From a virus (Duplodnaviria > Heunggongvirae > Uroviricota > Caudoviricetes), in the IMG/VR virus record IMGVR_UViG_3300047393_000100: a DNA stretch of 39,982 nt; one strand, given 5' to 3'. Shown piece by piece: positions 1-10,881 of the stretch. The notes beneath the pieces are model-generated. The model ran no database searches. It was given only the letters and a program-made list of their open reading frames with translations, and was not told where the DNA came from. Both the position numbers and the translations under genes were made by a program. Every line of letters starts with the position of its first letter. Position 1 is the stretch's first letter.

Positions 1-75
1 AAAGCCAGAACTTAATACTTCTGTTAACAAAGGTCCATTATACGCATATAGAACAAAAAAATAAGTGTAAAAAAG

Positions 76-122
76 TTTTCACGGATCAAATATTATAGTT
101 ATATTTACACTATAATTAAAAC
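76..122 (+). promoter_or_regulatory. Early (host-sigma-type) promoter
   Basis: TTTTCACGGATCAAATATTATAGTTATATTTACACTATAATTAAAAC; TTTT-N20-TATATTTA resembles Bacteroidota TTTG-N19-21-TAnnTTTG. Confidence 0.7.
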
Positions 123-129
123 ATATACT

Positions 130-699
130 ATGATTTATACTTATTGTAAAGATTCGTTAATATTTAAAAGAGTAAGTCCAGTTGTTTATTTAAAAACAGT
201 ATTGGCAACTGTGGTTATGATTGGAGTTACTGGATATTTCATGTACAAATATGGAATAAAGAATTCTGTTAGTGAAATGTCAGTTGAGGAAAGAATAACA
301 CTTGTAAAAGAAAATGACCCATTCAGTAAAGAAAAAATGGCTGAAATGTTAGGAGGTTTAAATGTTAAATTTCCATGGATTCCAATGGCACAATCAATGT
401 TAGAAACTGGACATTGGAAAAGTGATATTTTCTTTGAAAATCACAACCTATTTGGAATGAAAGAGGCCAGAGCAAGAATTACCACCGCTATTGGTACAAA
501 CAAAAATCATGCAGAATACACAACATGGAGAGAAAGTGTGTATGATTACGCATTCTATCAAAACAGATACTTAAATACAATTAAAACCGAAGGAGAATAT
601 TATCAATACTTATCTGCGAGTTATGCAGAAGATCCTAAGTATATCCTAAAGGTAAAGAATGCAGTGGAGCGTTATAAATTAAAACAATTATTTAATTAG
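130..699 (+). CDS. GH73 glucosaminidase (peptidoglycan hydrolase) with N-terminal membrane anchor
   Basis: AQSMLETG (catalytic Glu), NHNLFGMK and YAEDPKY motifs typical of glucosaminidase/FlgJ-like enzymes; hydrophobic segment VVYLKTVLATVVMIGVTGYFMY near the N-terminus. Confidence 0.8.
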   Translation: MIYTYCKDSLIFKRVSPVVYLKTVLATVVMIGVTGYFMYKYGIKNSVSEMSVEERITLVKENDPFSKEKMAEMLGGLNVKFPWIPMAQSMLETGHWKSDIFFENHNLFGMKEARARITTAIGTNKNHAEYTTWRESVYDYAFYQNRYLNTIKTEGEYYQYLSASYAEDPKYILKVKNAVERYKLKQLFN

Positions 700-719
700 A
701 TATATAATTAATATAAATA
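699..719 (+). promoter_or_regulatory. Putative late promoter (GATATATA; TATAAATA at 712-719)
   Basis: Intergenic; TATAAATA is the T4 late consensus; low-information motif in AT-rich DNA. Confidence 0.35.
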
Positions 720-733
720 AATTTTAATATAAA

Positions 734-1231
734 ATGATAAAACCGAAGACATTAAATCAAGAGGTTGTTAGTGTAATAAATAAAAGTATTGCATTTGAAT
801 ATACGTCACATCTATTTTGGAATGCTGCATCTAATTGGTGTGCAAGTAAAGGATATAATACAGCTGCTGCATATTATGCAAATGAATCCTATTCTGAATT
901 AAAACATGTAAAAACTTTACAAGAATTTTTACTAGGATGGAATGTTGAACCAGCGATCCCCGCTGTAGAAACAGTATATAAATTTGATAGCCTACCCGAT
1001 ACTGTAGAAAAATCATATCAATTAATGCTTGCAATTTTCGATAACTATGTTGATAATTCTCAGTCTATTTTTGCAATTGACCTATCAACATTTGATTTTT
1101 TACAACAATTTAGATTAAGACAAGTTGAAGCACTTGCAATTTATTCTAATATATTAAGTGGATTAGAATTAATAGATATGAATAATAAATTAGATTTATT
1201 ACACTTTGAAGAAATATATTTAAAAGCATAA
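734..1231 (+). CDS. Ferritin-like protein with degenerate ferroxidase centre
   Basis: Aligns by eye to FtnA (SNWCASKGYNTAAAYY..ELKH, TFDFLQQF..Q); several iron ligands are substituted. Confidence 0.8.
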   Translation: MIKPKTLNQEVVSVINKSIAFEYTSHLFWNAASNWCASKGYNTAAAYYANESYSELKHVKTLQEFLLGWNVEPAIPAVETVYKFDSLPDTVEKSYQLMLAIFDNYVDNSQSIFAIDLSTFDFLQQFRLRQVEALAIYSNILSGLELIDMNNKLDLLHFEEIYLKA

Positions 1232-1779
1232 TGAAAAAAGTAAAATTATTTGAAGAATTTTTAAATGAAAGTTCTACTTGGGAAAATCTTTGTAAAAAAT
1301 CAAAGGTTATGTTTGGCGAATGGGTAATAGACGCATTAACTGAAGATGACATGGCCAAAATCATTGATTTAAAAGAGGCTGATAAATTAGCTAAAAAAAG
1401 ATATGGTGAATTTGGATTTGCTACTCTTGACCTTGATGAAATGCAAGAACTTATTAACAGATATCCTAAATTAGTAAAGGAATCATTGGTAAATGAAGCT
1501 AAAGATTCTACGAGAGAAGAATTAATGGATTTGTTAGAAACTAAATACAAAATCAAAACTGTTAGAACTTCTGAAGAATTCAATGGTCAAACTGAAGGAA
1601 TTTGGATTGCAGCCGATAACGAAGAAGAATTAAGCGGTAATAGAATGTTTGATTATTACAATCGTTCAGCAAAATATACGAATGGTGTACTAAAACAACT
1701 TAGAACAGCAGTTGAAAAAACAGGTTGGTGGTTCGAATGGAATGATCCAGGAACAATTATGATTTGGCCTAAAAATTAA
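1231..1779 (+). CDS. Putative capsid-internal protein, MKKVKLFEEFLNE leader, two modules
   Basis: Shared leader; internal LVKESLVNE-A linker; starts in a TAATG overlap with the ferritin stop. Confidence 0.7.
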   Translation: MKKVKLFEEFLNESSTWENLCKKSKVMFGEWVIDALTEDDMAKIIDLKEADKLAKKRYGEFGFATLDLDEMQELINRYPKLVKESLVNEAKDSTREELMDLLETKYKIKTVRTSEEFNGQTEGIWIAADNEEELSGNRMFDYYNRSAKYTNGVLKQLRTAVEKTGWWFEWNDPGTIMIWPKN

Positions 1780-1790
1780 TAAATAAAGAT

Positions 1791-1964
1791 ATGAAATATA
1801 TACAATTATTTGAAGAATTCATTAATGAAACTGAAATTGTTTATCATGATTACGATTTTCTAGGCATGCAAGCACAGATGGCAAATATGACAAGAGAAGA
1901 ATGGATTGCACATTATGGAACCGCGACTATCGGTTCTGGTATTGATGAAAAAAAAGAAGTATAA
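1791..1964 (+). CDS. 57-aa protein with MKYIQLFEEFINE leader (not in ORF track)
   Basis: Translated by hand: MKYIQLFEEFINETEIVYHDYDFLGMQAQMANMTREEWIAHYGTATIGSGIDEKKEV; ATG 1791, TAA 1962-1964. Confidence 0.75.
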   Translation: MKYIQLFEEFINETEIVYHDYDFLGMQAQMANMTREEWIAHYGTATIGSGIDEKKEV

Positions 1965-2018
1965 TCTAATATAGATTAAATTCTAAATAATACATACATC
2001 CTTAGGGACTTCCTATTT

Positions 2019-2066
2019 AATGGGTCTTTTTAGCTAGATATATATTCTAGACTAAAAAGACCCATT
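2019..2066 (+). promoter_or_regulatory. Long hairpin with GATATATA at its apex, covering the leader of the 2065 gene
   Basis: Perfect 15-bp arms AATGGGTCTTTTTAG (2019-2033) / CTAAAAAGACCCATT (2052-2066) plus CTAGA/TCTAG inner stem and TATATAT loop. Confidence 0.7.
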
Positions 2067-2457
2067 GTTATATATGAACCAGGACAGAAGCCCTCAAGAG
2101 ATGATTCTTGAACTATATGATTTATTTTCATCATTCAAACGAAGAATAGAGGATCCAAATTATATTCAAATTGAAAACACATTAGAAAAGTTGGTTGATA
2201 ACCAAAATGAAATGAAAAATGAGATTAGAGAGTTGAAAAAACAACTTTTAAGTCCATTTGATGGTGTTATTGTTGAAAATAAAAAGAATACTGAATTTAG
2301 AGAAACTCAAGAAGCATGGATATCTGAAAGAGATAAATTTATAGAAGAACATAAGTCACTAGTACGATGGAAAAACACAGTCGCTAAGGTACTTATTGCT
2401 CTTTTAACAGCAAGTGGTGCTATTGTAACATTTTTCATAAGTAAATATATAGGATAA
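2065..2457 (+). CDS. Coiled-coil protein with C-terminal TM helix, possible holin-like lysis protein
   Basis: Heptad-rich middle; VAKVLIALLTASGAIVTFFI hydrophobic tail; start may be TTG 2065 or ATG 2074. Holin function is inference. Confidence 0.5.
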   Translation: MLYMNQDRSPQEMILELYDLFSSFKRRIEDPNYIQIENTLEKLVDNQNEMKNEIRELKKQLLSPFDGVIVENKKNTEFRETQEAWISERDKFIEEHKSLVRWKNTVAKVLIALLTASGAIVTFFISKYIG

Positions 2458-2459
2458 CC

Positions 2460-2975
2460 ATGATAGTAGACAGAATATCCTTAAATATTGCACTAAAATA
2501 TCTTAATCAATTTCAACAAAATGAGGGAGAGGTTATTGATATACTTTTTACGTATAGGGATCAAGTAAATCCATTTACAAAAACTATGAAATTTGATAAT
2601 ATGGAAACATTAATATCGTTCGTTGATCGATATGCACCGTTAGTTGCATTCCAAGATATTGATTGCCAAGTAACATATTTATATCAAATTCAATCTTTTT
2701 CCATAATTAAAAATGGAACTGATAAAAACAAGGTGTACTATAATATAAATAACTTCACAACAAGTAGTACAAATATTAATCAAATATCTTTAATAGGATT
2801 AAATGATGGATATTTACCAGACATTGCCGAAGTTACACATGCATTTGTAGGAATTAAAATAAATGAATATATTTTAAATCAATTAGACTACATCGATTGC
2901 GGATATATTGAAATACATTATCCTGAGGCAATTTTAGAATTGGAAACACTATACAATAAATATAAACAAATATAA
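2460..2975 (+). CDS. Hypothetical protein
   Basis: 171-aa ORF in a tight operon with its neighbours; no family recognised. Confidence 0.6.
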   Translation: MIVDRISLNIALKYLNQFQQNEGEVIDILFTYRDQVNPFTKTMKFDNMETLISFVDRYAPLVAFQDIDCQVTYLYQIQSFSIIKNGTDKNKVYYNINNFTTSSTNINQISLIGLNDGYLPDIAEVTHAFVGIKINEYILNQLDYIDCGYIEIHYPEAILELETLYNKYKQI

Positions 2976-5900
2976 TGGCACAAGACAATTTACAAGACTC
3001 AGAAATGAGAGGCCCTTATGGAGAATATAATCCGCTTTATCCAGGAGATCTTGGTAGAGCATTATATCATCCGGAGATGGATTATAACTTAGACCTAATT
3101 GGTCAAGTTATTCAAGGCTTTAGAGTGATGGGTACGAATGGTGATGGTAGCATAAATATAGATGATGATACTGAAAAGGTATTAAAACTATATATTGTTA
3201 AAATTACAGATACTGCCCTAATATCAGCTGGAGCTCCGGTTGGAGATAGAGTATGGATCCCTACTGATAAGATTGGAACCGATGAAGGACCTCAAGGATT
3301 TCAAGGAGATAGAGGATTTCAGGGGTTTCAGGGAGCTAGAGGGTTTCAAGGAGACAGAGGGTTTCAAGGAGCCAAAGGAGACCAAGGATTCCAAGGAGCT
3401 CAAGGTTCACTAGGAGCCGTTGGAGCACAGGGATTTCAAGGAGAACAAGGATTTCAAGGAGCTAGCGGATTTCAGGGGTTTCAGGGAGTTAGAGGGTTTC
3501 AAGGATTTCAAGGAGATCAAGGAGACTTAGGATTTCAAGGTAATCAGGGTCTTAAAGGAGATCAAGGATTTAGAGGAGACCAAGGTGCAAGAGGAGACCA
3601 AGGATTCCAGGGTAATCAGGGTTTTCAAGGTAATCAAGGAGCCAAAGGAGATCAAGGTTTTCAAGGTAATCAGGGTCTTAAAGGAGACCAAGGTTTTAAA
3701 GGAGACCAAGGTTTTAAAGGAGACCAAGGTCTTAAAGGAGATCAAGGATTCCAAGGTAATCAGGGTCTTAAAGGAGACCAAGGTCTTAAAGGAGATCAAG
3801 GCTTTAAAGGAGACCAAGGAGCCAAAGGAGACCAAGGATTCCAAGGTATTCAAGGTTCTAAAGGGGACCAAGGATTCCAAGGTAATCAAGGTTTTAAAGG
3901 AGATCAAGGGGCCAAGGGAGACCAAGGATTCCAAGGTAATCAAGGAGCCAAGGGAGATCAAGGATTCCAAGGATTCCAAGGTAATCAAGGAGCCAAGGGA
4001 GACCAAGGATTCCAAGGTAATCAAGGAGCCAAGGGAGACCAAGGTTTTCAAGGAGATCAAGGAGCCAAGGGAGATCAAGGAGCTAATGGAGATCAAGGAG
4101 CCAAAGGAGACCAAGGATTTAAAGGAGACCAAGGATTCCAAGGTCTTAAAGGAGATCAAGGTCTTAAGGGAGACCAAGGTTTTCAAGGAGATCAAGGAGC
4201 CAAAGGAGACCAGGGATTTAAAGGAGACCAAGGATTTAAAGGAGACCAAGGATTTAAAGGAGATATCGGATTCCAAGGATATCAAGGTAATACCGGTAGT
4301 CAAGGTAGTAGAGGATTCCAAGGAGACCAAGGTTTTCAAGGAGATATGGGTGACCAAGGGTTTCAAGGTCAGAGTGGTTCTGTAAATGGACAAACATTTT
4401 ATATGAACGAATCCGTTATTATAGTTAATAATGGAGGTGGCGCAAACGATCTTAATGAAATCTCTCCAATTCCAACCATTGGATCACAACAGGTTGTTAC
4501 TGCAACATTAACTGCATTACAGTCTGATGTATTATTAACACAATTTATTACACCCGCCGGATTAGGAGTTGCTGTAGTTCCATCCGGAATACAACAATTT
4601 AAGATGCACTTTACAAAGGCGGATGAATCACATTTAATACAAGTATATGTAAAAATAACACAGACGAATGCGAGTGGAACTCCTATTGCAGTATGGGGAA
4701 CATCAACACCAAATTTAATAGGATGGGACACTAGTCCTTTAATACCAGTTGACGTTTATCAAGATATATTTATACCATCAAAATACGTAGATCCAACTGA
4801 TAGGGTATTAGTTCAATTATACGCAATTAACGATGATAATCAATCTAGGACAATTAAATTTTACACAGAGGGTATTACTGATTATTCATATATAATTTCA
4901 ACATTAGGAGCAACTGAAGGTCCTACAGGTCCTCAAGGTCCTCAAGGATATCAAGGTCTTAAAGGAGACCAAGGATTTCAAGGTCCTAAAGGAGACCAAG
5001 GATTTCAAGGAAATCAAGGATTTCAAGGTCCTAAAGGAGATCAAGGATTCCAAGGTAATCAGGGTCTTAAAGGAGACCAGGGTTTTAAAGGAGACCAGGG
5101 TTTTAAAGGAGATCAAGGATTTCAAGGATTTCAAGGTCTTAAAGGAGATCAAGGTCTTAAAGGAGATCAAGGTCTTAAAGGAGATCAAGGATTCCAAGGT
5201 CTTAAAGGAGATCAGGGTTTTAAAGGAGATCAAGGATTCCAAGGTAATCAAGGTCCTAAAGGAGATCAGGGATTCCAAGGTAATCAAGGGGCAAAGGGAG
5301 ATCAAGGTTTAGTTGGAGCACAAGGATTCCAGGGAGATCGAGGATTTCAAGGATTTCAAGGATTTCAAGGTTTAGTTGGAGCACAAGGTCTTAAAGGAGA
5401 TCAAGGTTCAGTTGGAGCACAGGGTCTTAAAGGAGATCAAGGATTTACAGGAGCACAGGGTCTTAAAGGAGATCAAGGATTTCAAGGAGATCAAGGTCTC
5501 AAAGGAGATCAAGGTCTCAAAGGAGACCAAGGATTTACAGGAGCACAAGGTCTTAAAGGAGACCAAGGATTCCAAGGAGATCAAGGCCTTAAAGGAGACC
5601 AAGGATTCCAAGGAGATAAAGGATTTACAGGAGATCAAGGATTTCAAGGAGATCAAGGATTTACAGGAAACCAAGGATTCCAAGGAAATCAAGGTCTTAA
5701 AGGAGATCAAGGATTTCAAGGAGATCAAGGATTTCAGGGTAATACTGGAACTGCGGCATTAGAATTATCATATGAATATATTTGGAGTGATGCAAATAAT
5801 GCTAGTACATATCCTGGACTTAATAAAATTGCAGTAAATGGCGAGCCAGATACCTTTTCAGACGCAGGAGCCTTCCATTCGATATCAGCAAATGGTGTTG

Positions 5901-8233
5901 ATATATCATCCATATTAAACGCAATTGGAAATGTAGGTGCAGTTAATAAGGCACAGTTTAAAATTACAAAGTCTAATGATATAACAAAATACTTATTATA
6001 TAATATTACTAGTGTATCAACAAATACATCACCTAGTAAATGGTTTCAAGTTAATCTAATTTCACAAACAGCTCGCATATATCCTAATCAATTTGTTAAT
6101 GGAGACTTAGTTAAATTAAGTTTTATTTTAAATGGTAATACTGGACATCAGGGTGCTATAGGTGATCAAGGGTTTAATGGCCCTACTGGAGATCAGGGTC
6201 TTACTGGAGATCAGGGGTTTAAAGGAGATCAAGGTGATATAGGATTTCAGGGTCTTACTGGATTCCAAGGAACTACAGGAGATCAAGGTTTTACAGGAGA
6301 TCAAGGTTTTACAGGAAATCAAGGACCTATTGGTTTTCAAGGAAATCAAGGATCAATCGGAGCACAGGGCGAAAGAGGTTTCCAAGGTTTAGTTGGGGCA
6401 CAAGGTTCAATCGGAGCACAGGGTTCAACTGGATTCCAAGGAACTAAAGGAGATCAAGGCGAAAGAGGTTTCCAAGGTTTAGTTGGAGCGCAAGGTTTAA
6501 CTGGATTCCAAGGAACTAAAGGAGATCAAGGTGACAGAGGTTTTCAAGGTTTAGTTGGAGCACAAGGTTCAACTGGATTCCAAGGAACTAAAGGAGATCA
6601 AGGTATTAAAGGAGACCAAGGTTTAGTTGGAGCACAGGGATTTCAAGGAGATAGAGGTTTCCAAGGTTTTATTGGATTCCAAGGAACTAAAGGAGATCAA
6701 GGATTAGTTGGACCACAAGGTCCAACTGGATTTCAAGGTGATATTGGAGCACAGGGTCTAACTGGATTCCAAGGTAATGTTGGAGCACAGGGAAGACAAG
6801 GTCCAATTGGAGCGCAAGGTCCAACTGGATTTCAAGGTAATATTGGAGCGCAAGGTCCAACTGGATTCCAAGGAATTAAAGGAGATCAAGGTGACAGAGG
6901 TTTCCAAGGTAATATTGGAGCGCAAGGTCCAACTGGATTCCAGGGTAATATTGGAGCACAAGGTCCAACTGGATTCCAAGGTAATATTGGAGCACAAGGT
7001 CCAACTGGATTCCAAGGTAATATTGGAGCGCAAGGTCCAACTGGATTCCAAGGATTAGACGGAGCGCAAGGAAGACAAGGTCCAACTGGAGCACAAGGTC
7101 CAATTGGATTTCAAGGTATTGGATATTATGGATTAACTAGTACTACTTCAGTTGGAACTGGCAGTTCTGGTTCTAAAGTATTTACAGTAAATCAAGCAGC
7201 TGGAACAAATGCATTTATAATAGGAACAACAGTTAAAGCTATTTCAGGTTCATCTTATTTGATTGGTGATATTACAGCGTATGTTGGAACAACACTTACC
7301 ATAAATGCAGTTGAATTTTCAAATACAGGCGGCGCGGCTAGTTGGACATTTTCAGTAATGGGTAATAAAGGTAATCAGGGTATTACAGGAGCACAAGGTC
7401 CAACCGGACCACAAGGACAACAAGGTCCAACTGGTCCAACTGGAGCACAAGGGTCGCAAGGTCCAACTGGTCCAACTGGAGCACAAGGTCTAACTGGAGC
7501 ACAAGGGTCGCAAGGTCCAATTGGTCCAACTGGAGCACAAGGTTCACAGGGTCCAATTGGTCCAACGGGAGCACAGGGTTCACAAGGTCCAATTGGTCCA
7601 ACTGGATTCCAAGGAGATAGAGGTTTCCAAGGACTTACTGGATTCCAAGGTGTTATTGGAGCAACTGGACCACAAGGACGACAAGGTCCTACTGGTCCAA
7701 CGGGAGCACAGGGGTCGCAAGGTCCAACTGGTTTAACTGGATTCCAAGGAGATAGAGGTTTCCAAGGATTTACTGGAGCACAGGGACGGCAAGGTCCAAC
7801 CGGAGTACAGGGTACTCAAGGGGCAGGAATTCCATTAGATAACTTAACTCTAACATATTCATTAGGAGTAGGAACGCCTGCGTCTGGATTAACAGGAGAT
7901 ATTAGAGCGACTGGAGATATCACCGCGTATTATTCTTCCGATAGACGATTAAAAACAGATATTGTTAATATTGATAATCCATTAGAAAAAATAATGCAAA
8001 TTGGAGGTTATAACTTTAATTGGATTGATATGCCAGATATACATGGACATGTCGGCGCAGATATTGGAGTAATTGCACAAGAAATTGAAGCGATTCTACC
8101 TGATATCGTTGCAACTAGACGTACTGGATATAAAGCAGTTCAATACGAAAAAATAGTGGCATTACTAATCGAAGGTATTAAAGCACAGCAAATTCAAATA
8201 GATGCATTAAACAAAAGAATAGATAATTTATAA
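2975..8233 (+). CDS. Collagen-like tail/virion fibre with C-terminal intramolecular chaperone (peptidase S74-like)
   Basis: Four Gly-X-Y tracts ([12 protein letters not shown]) separated by three globular inserts; C-terminal SDRRLKTDI...GVIAQEIE...[13 protein letters not shown] chaperone signature. Confidence 0.9.
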   Translation: MAQDNLQDSEMRGPYGEYNPLYPGDLGRALYHPEMDYNLDLIGQVIQGFRVMGTNGDGSINIDDDTEKVLKLYIVKITDTALISAGAPVGDRVWIPTDKIGTDEGPQGFQGDRGFQGFQGARGFQGDRGFQGAKGDQGFQGAQGSLGAVGAQGFQGEQGFQGASGFQGFQGVRGFQGFQGDQGDLGFQGNQGLKGDQGFRGDQGARGDQGFQGNQGFQGNQGAKGDQGFQGNQGLKGDQGFKGDQGFKGDQGLKGDQGFQGNQGLKGDQGLKGDQGFKGDQGAKGDQGFQGIQGSKGDQGFQGNQGFKGDQGAKGDQGFQGNQGAKGDQGFQGFQGNQGAKGDQGFQGNQGAKGDQGFQGDQGAKGDQGANGDQGAKGDQGFKGDQGFQGLKGDQGLKGDQGFQGDQGAKGDQGFKGDQGFKGDQGFKGDIGFQGYQGNTGSQGSRGFQGDQGFQGDMGDQGFQGQSGSVNGQTFYMNESVIIVNNGGGANDLNEISPIPTIGSQQVVTATLTALQSDVLLTQFITPAGLGVAVVPSGIQQFKMHFTKADESHLIQVYVKITQTNASGTPIAVWGTSTPNLIGWDTSPLIPVDVYQDIFIPSKYVDPTDRVLVQLYAINDDNQSRTIKFYTEGITDYSYIISTLGATEGPTGPQGPQGYQGLKGDQGFQGPKGDQGFQGNQGFQGPKGDQGFQGNQGLKGDQGFKGDQGFKGDQGFQGFQGLKGDQGLKGDQGLKGDQGFQGLKGDQGFKGDQGFQGNQGPKGDQGFQGNQGAKGDQGLVGAQGFQGDRGFQGFQGFQGLVGAQGLKGDQGSVGAQGLKGDQGFTGAQGLKGDQGFQGDQGLKGDQGLKGDQGFTGAQGLKGDQGFQGDQGLKGDQGFQGDKGFTGDQGFQGDQGFTGNQGFQGNQGLKGDQGFQGDQGFQGNTGTAALELSYEYIWSDANNASTYPGLNKIAVNGEPDTFSDAGAFHSISANGVDISSILNAIGNVGAVNKAQFKITKSNDITKYLLYNITSVSTNTSPSKWFQVNLISQTARIYPNQFVNGDLVKLSFILNGNTGHQGAIGDQGFNGPTGDQGLTGDQGFKGDQGDIGFQGLTGFQGTTGDQGFTGDQGFTGNQGPIGFQGNQGSIGAQGERGFQGLVGAQGSIGAQGSTGFQGTKGDQGERGFQGLVGAQGLTGFQGTKGDQGDRGFQGLVGAQGSTGFQGTKGDQGIKGDQGLVGAQGFQGDRGFQGFIGFQGTKGDQGLVGPQGPTGFQGDIGAQGLTGFQGNVGAQGRQGPIGAQGPTGFQGNIGAQGPTGFQGIKGDQGDRGFQGNIGAQGPTGFQGNIGAQGPTGFQGNIGAQGPTGFQGNIGAQGPTGFQGLDGAQGRQGPTGAQGPIGFQGIGYYGLTSTTSVGTGSSGSKVFTVNQAAGTNAFIIGTTVKAISGSSYLIGDITAYVGTTLTINAVEFSNTGGAASWTFSVMGNKGNQGITGAQGPTGPQGQQGPTGPTGAQGSQGPTGPTGAQGLTGAQGSQGPIGPTGAQGSQGPIGPTGAQGSQGPIGPTGFQGDRGFQGLTGFQGVIGATGPQGRQGPTGPTGAQGSQGPTGLTGFQGDRGFQGFTGAQGRQGPTGVQGTQGAGIPLDNLTLTYSLGVGTPASGLTGDIRATGDITAYYSSDRRLKTDIVNIDNPLEKIMQIGGYNFNWIDMPDIHGHVGADIGVIAQEIEAILPDIVATRRTGYKAVQYEKIVALLIEGIKAQQIQIDALNKRIDNL

Positions 8234-8253
8234 AAACTTATAATTTTTATTTT

Positions 8254-8280
8254 AAAGGCTCCTATATAGGGGCCTTTTTT
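8254..8280 (+). terminator. Intrinsic terminator
   Basis: AAAGGCTCCT-ATAT-AGGGGCCTTT followed by a T run. Confidence 0.8.
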
Positions 8281-8295
8281 ATGCAATTTGGTTAG

Positions 8296-8323
8296 GAAAC
8301 ATTTGGTGAAAATATAGTATAAT
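8296..8323 (+). promoter_or_regulatory. Class-2 promoter GAAAC-N17-TATAAT
   Basis: Exact 17-nt spacer, 4 nt before ATG 8328. Confidence 0.6.
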
Positions 8324-8327
8324 ATGT

Positions 8328-9302
8328 ATGGAAAATGAAATGACTATTGAAAACAATCCTAAATTTTGGGTATCTAATCAGATAGGTTATAATGATTGGC
8401 CTGATTTTGGTGAAGGAAATAATATCAAACTTGATAAGAATCATAAAATTGCATGTGTTTATCAGATATGGGGTACTGAGGGGTATATACCGTACTTATA
8501 CCATTCAATAATAAGTCAAATCATGTACACTGATGTTGAGGAAATGGCAGATATTTTTATATTTACAGATCCAGGACGATATGTATATACTAAATGGTTA
8601 TTTAGAAATATATTAGGACCTGATAATATCATTGAAGTAGATTCTATAAACGCTATTAAATATATGATACCATGTCAACCTATCTTACAGGACTATGAAA
8701 TTGTATCATTTATCGATGCCGATATGTTTTTTTGGTCTCCAATCTCTAAAAAATATCCATTCTATAAAAATATTAAGAAGTATATTATAGAAAATACAAA
8801 TACAATTCTATTACTAGGAATGGATCCAACACCTGCAAGTAAAGTATTGCATGATAGAAAAAGAACATTATGTCCTAATATATCAGATGATAATTATATA
8901 AAATTAATAATAGAAGGAAGTGGAATGTCTATTGAAGATTATAAAGATTGGATGTTGCATGATAAATGGAAGATGAGTGGAGTATTTATATATGATAATC
9001 ACATGTTTAAGGATCCAAAATATCATAGTTACGCCATGATGCATACAGAGATAGGGCAATTATGTGATGAAACAGTATGGAACAGTTGGATAAAGGCAAA
9101 CAAAATAGAAACTTTGGATGTTTCTTTAGGAATTCCATACTATTACTCATTAGAGTTAGATGACATTATAAATACATATATAGAAGAGAATCCAAATTTA
9201 TATATGCTACATCCTATCGTTGGAGATAGGGTAATTAATCCACATGCTGTTGAATTATTAAATAAAATCAAAAAAGATTTTAAAGAATATGGGAAGAAGT
9301 AA
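8328..9302 (+). CDS. Putative GT-A fold nucleotide-sugar transferase
   Basis: VSFIDADMFF DxD motif; located among glycan-modifying genes. Confidence 0.5.
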   Translation: MENEMTIENNPKFWVSNQIGYNDWPDFGEGNNIKLDKNHKIACVYQIWGTEGYIPYLYHSIISQIMYTDVEEMADIFIFTDPGRYVYTKWLFRNILGPDNIIEVDSINAIKYMIPCQPILQDYEIVSFIDADMFFWSPISKKYPFYKNIKKYIIENTNTILLLGMDPTPASKVLHDRKRTLCPNISDDNYIKLIIEGSGMSIEDYKDWMLHDKWKMSGVFIYDNHMFKDPKYHSYAMMHTEIGQLCDETVWNSWIKANKIETLDVSLGIPYYYSLELDDIINTYIEENPNLYMLHPIVGDRVINPHAVELLNKIKKDFKEYGKK

Positions 9303-9936
9303 ATATGATGGATTAACATCTAAAATCGCAAGTGAAATACTTAATAAATGGATAAGTGAAAAATCTAAAAAAGTATCTTTCGCACTTTTAAACATAAATA
9401 GAAAAGATCTTGAATTTGATGTGCATGCCAGTTTATCCATAATATGTGATAAAACAATAGGATTTGAAGTACTTGATTCTACTGGAGCAGATGGCAGAGA
9501 TTTTGATGATGATGGACTATCTCAAACGCCATTCGTTATAATAGATTTTGCAGTAAATGAAGAATTATTACCAAAATATTGGAGCGAAATATATTTTTAT
9601 TTATGTGATGTAATTAGACATGAAATTGAACATATCACACAGGAGGATGGAGTTATTCCAAACTATAAAAATGGTAAACCAGGTGATGACGATAGCCTAC
9701 AGCGAGAATTAATTAAAACTAAATTATTACCAACATGGAATTATTATTTGTTACCGAAGGAAATTGACGCGAATTTACAGGGATTAAGATTAGAGGCAAA
9801 GAAACGTCGTAAGCCATTTATTAAAATAATTAATAAGTATTTGGATTTACAAGAATTAGAAAATACACATCGAAATATAATTTTCGAGAGATGGAGAAGT
9901 AGAGCAAAACAAATCGGAGGAATTCCAAAATTTTAA
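9289..9936 (+). CDS. HExxH zincin-like protein
   Basis: IRHEIEHITQ plus downstream LPKEIDAN as candidate third ligand. Confidence 0.5.
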   Translation: MGRSKYDGLTSKIASEILNKWISEKSKKVSFALLNINRKDLEFDVHASLSIICDKTIGFEVLDSTGADGRDFDDDGLSQTPFVIIDFAVNEELLPKYWSEIYFYLCDVIRHEIEHITQEDGVIPNYKNGKPGDDDSLQRELIKTKLLPTWNYYLLPKEIDANLQGLRLEAKKRRKPFIKIINKYLDLQELENTHRNIIFERWRSRAKQIGGIPKF

Positions 9937-9942
9937 AAAAAA

Positions 9943-10863
9943 ATGCAAATATTTGATAAAATATATATTATTAATTTAAGTAATAATGTAGAAAGAAGAA
10001 ACCATATTACAAATGAATTAAATGGAATTGGTTGGAATAATTATGAATTTATCGATGCAGTTAATGGCGCTGAACTTCGGCCGATTACTGAATTAATTGG
10101 CAGCGGAATTGTTTCCGATACATTTATAGATCCTAATGGTTTATTAACCAAAAATATTATAGCATGTGCTTATTCACATAAGATTGCATATCAACGATTT
10201 TTAGATGATGGATACGATACTTGTTTAATTTTAGAAGATGATGCGACTATTACGCCAATTGGATATAAATTTTTATTAAATAATTTACATAAAAATATAA
10301 AAAATGAATTAGAAAAAATCGATTGGGATATTTTTATATGGGGATTAGTAGGTGATAATATTCCAAATTATGGACATGTACCTGGAAGTAATATTTTAGT
10401 TGAATATAAGAAATATAGTCCAGATTGGGCAGGACATGCGTACCAAATAAATAGAAAAGGAGCTCAAAAATTACTAAATAATAATACGCCTATACAATTT
10501 GCAGCGGATGTAAATTTAGAAACTGCAAATTGTAATATATTTGCAACATATTTTACATTAATCGCACAAACTGTAGGAAATTTCACTAAATTCGTATCCG
10601 ACGATTTAATGGAATCATTTAAAAACACAATACACCAGGATCTATTTAATTCAGACACACTGAGTGTATTTGCTGATAAATCTCCAATGAGTGGGCATAC
10701 ATCTCATGACATATACTTTAGTGCAGATCGTTCAATAAGATATGAATCTAGAAAATATATGTGTAATATTTCCAAAGATATTGATATTAAATCAGTTAGT
10801 TGGAAAACGTTTAAAGATGATGAAGGAACTGAATGTAAAAATTGGTGTTATATCAGTTTTTAA
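9943..10863 (+). CDS. Glycosyltransferase family 25
   Basis: IYIINL...ERR, FIDAVNG, ACAYSH, LILEDDA motifs. Confidence 0.8.
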   Translation: MQIFDKIYIINLSNNVERRNHITNELNGIGWNNYEFIDAVNGAELRPITELIGSGIVSDTFIDPNGLLTKNIIACAYSHKIAYQRFLDDGYDTCLILEDDATITPIGYKFLLNNLHKNIKNELEKIDWDIFIWGLVGDNIPNYGHVPGSNILVEYKKYSPDWAGHAYQINRKGAQKLLNNNTPIQFAADVNLETANCNIFATYFTLIAQTVGNFTKFVSDDLMESFKNTIHQDLFNSDTLSVFADKSPMSGHTSHDIYFSADRSIRYESRKYMCNISKDIDIKSVSWKTFKDDEGTECKNWCYISF

Positions 10864-10881
10864 TTTAAAATAAAATAAAAA

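Noticed and set aside
3527-7736. Many antisense and alternate-frame ORFs across the first collagen gene (3527-4393, 3585-4385, 4904-5305, 5376-5762, 6758-7051 and others)
   Set aside because: By-products of stop-poor Gly-X-Y repeats; repetitive [13 protein letters not shown] translations with no initiation context
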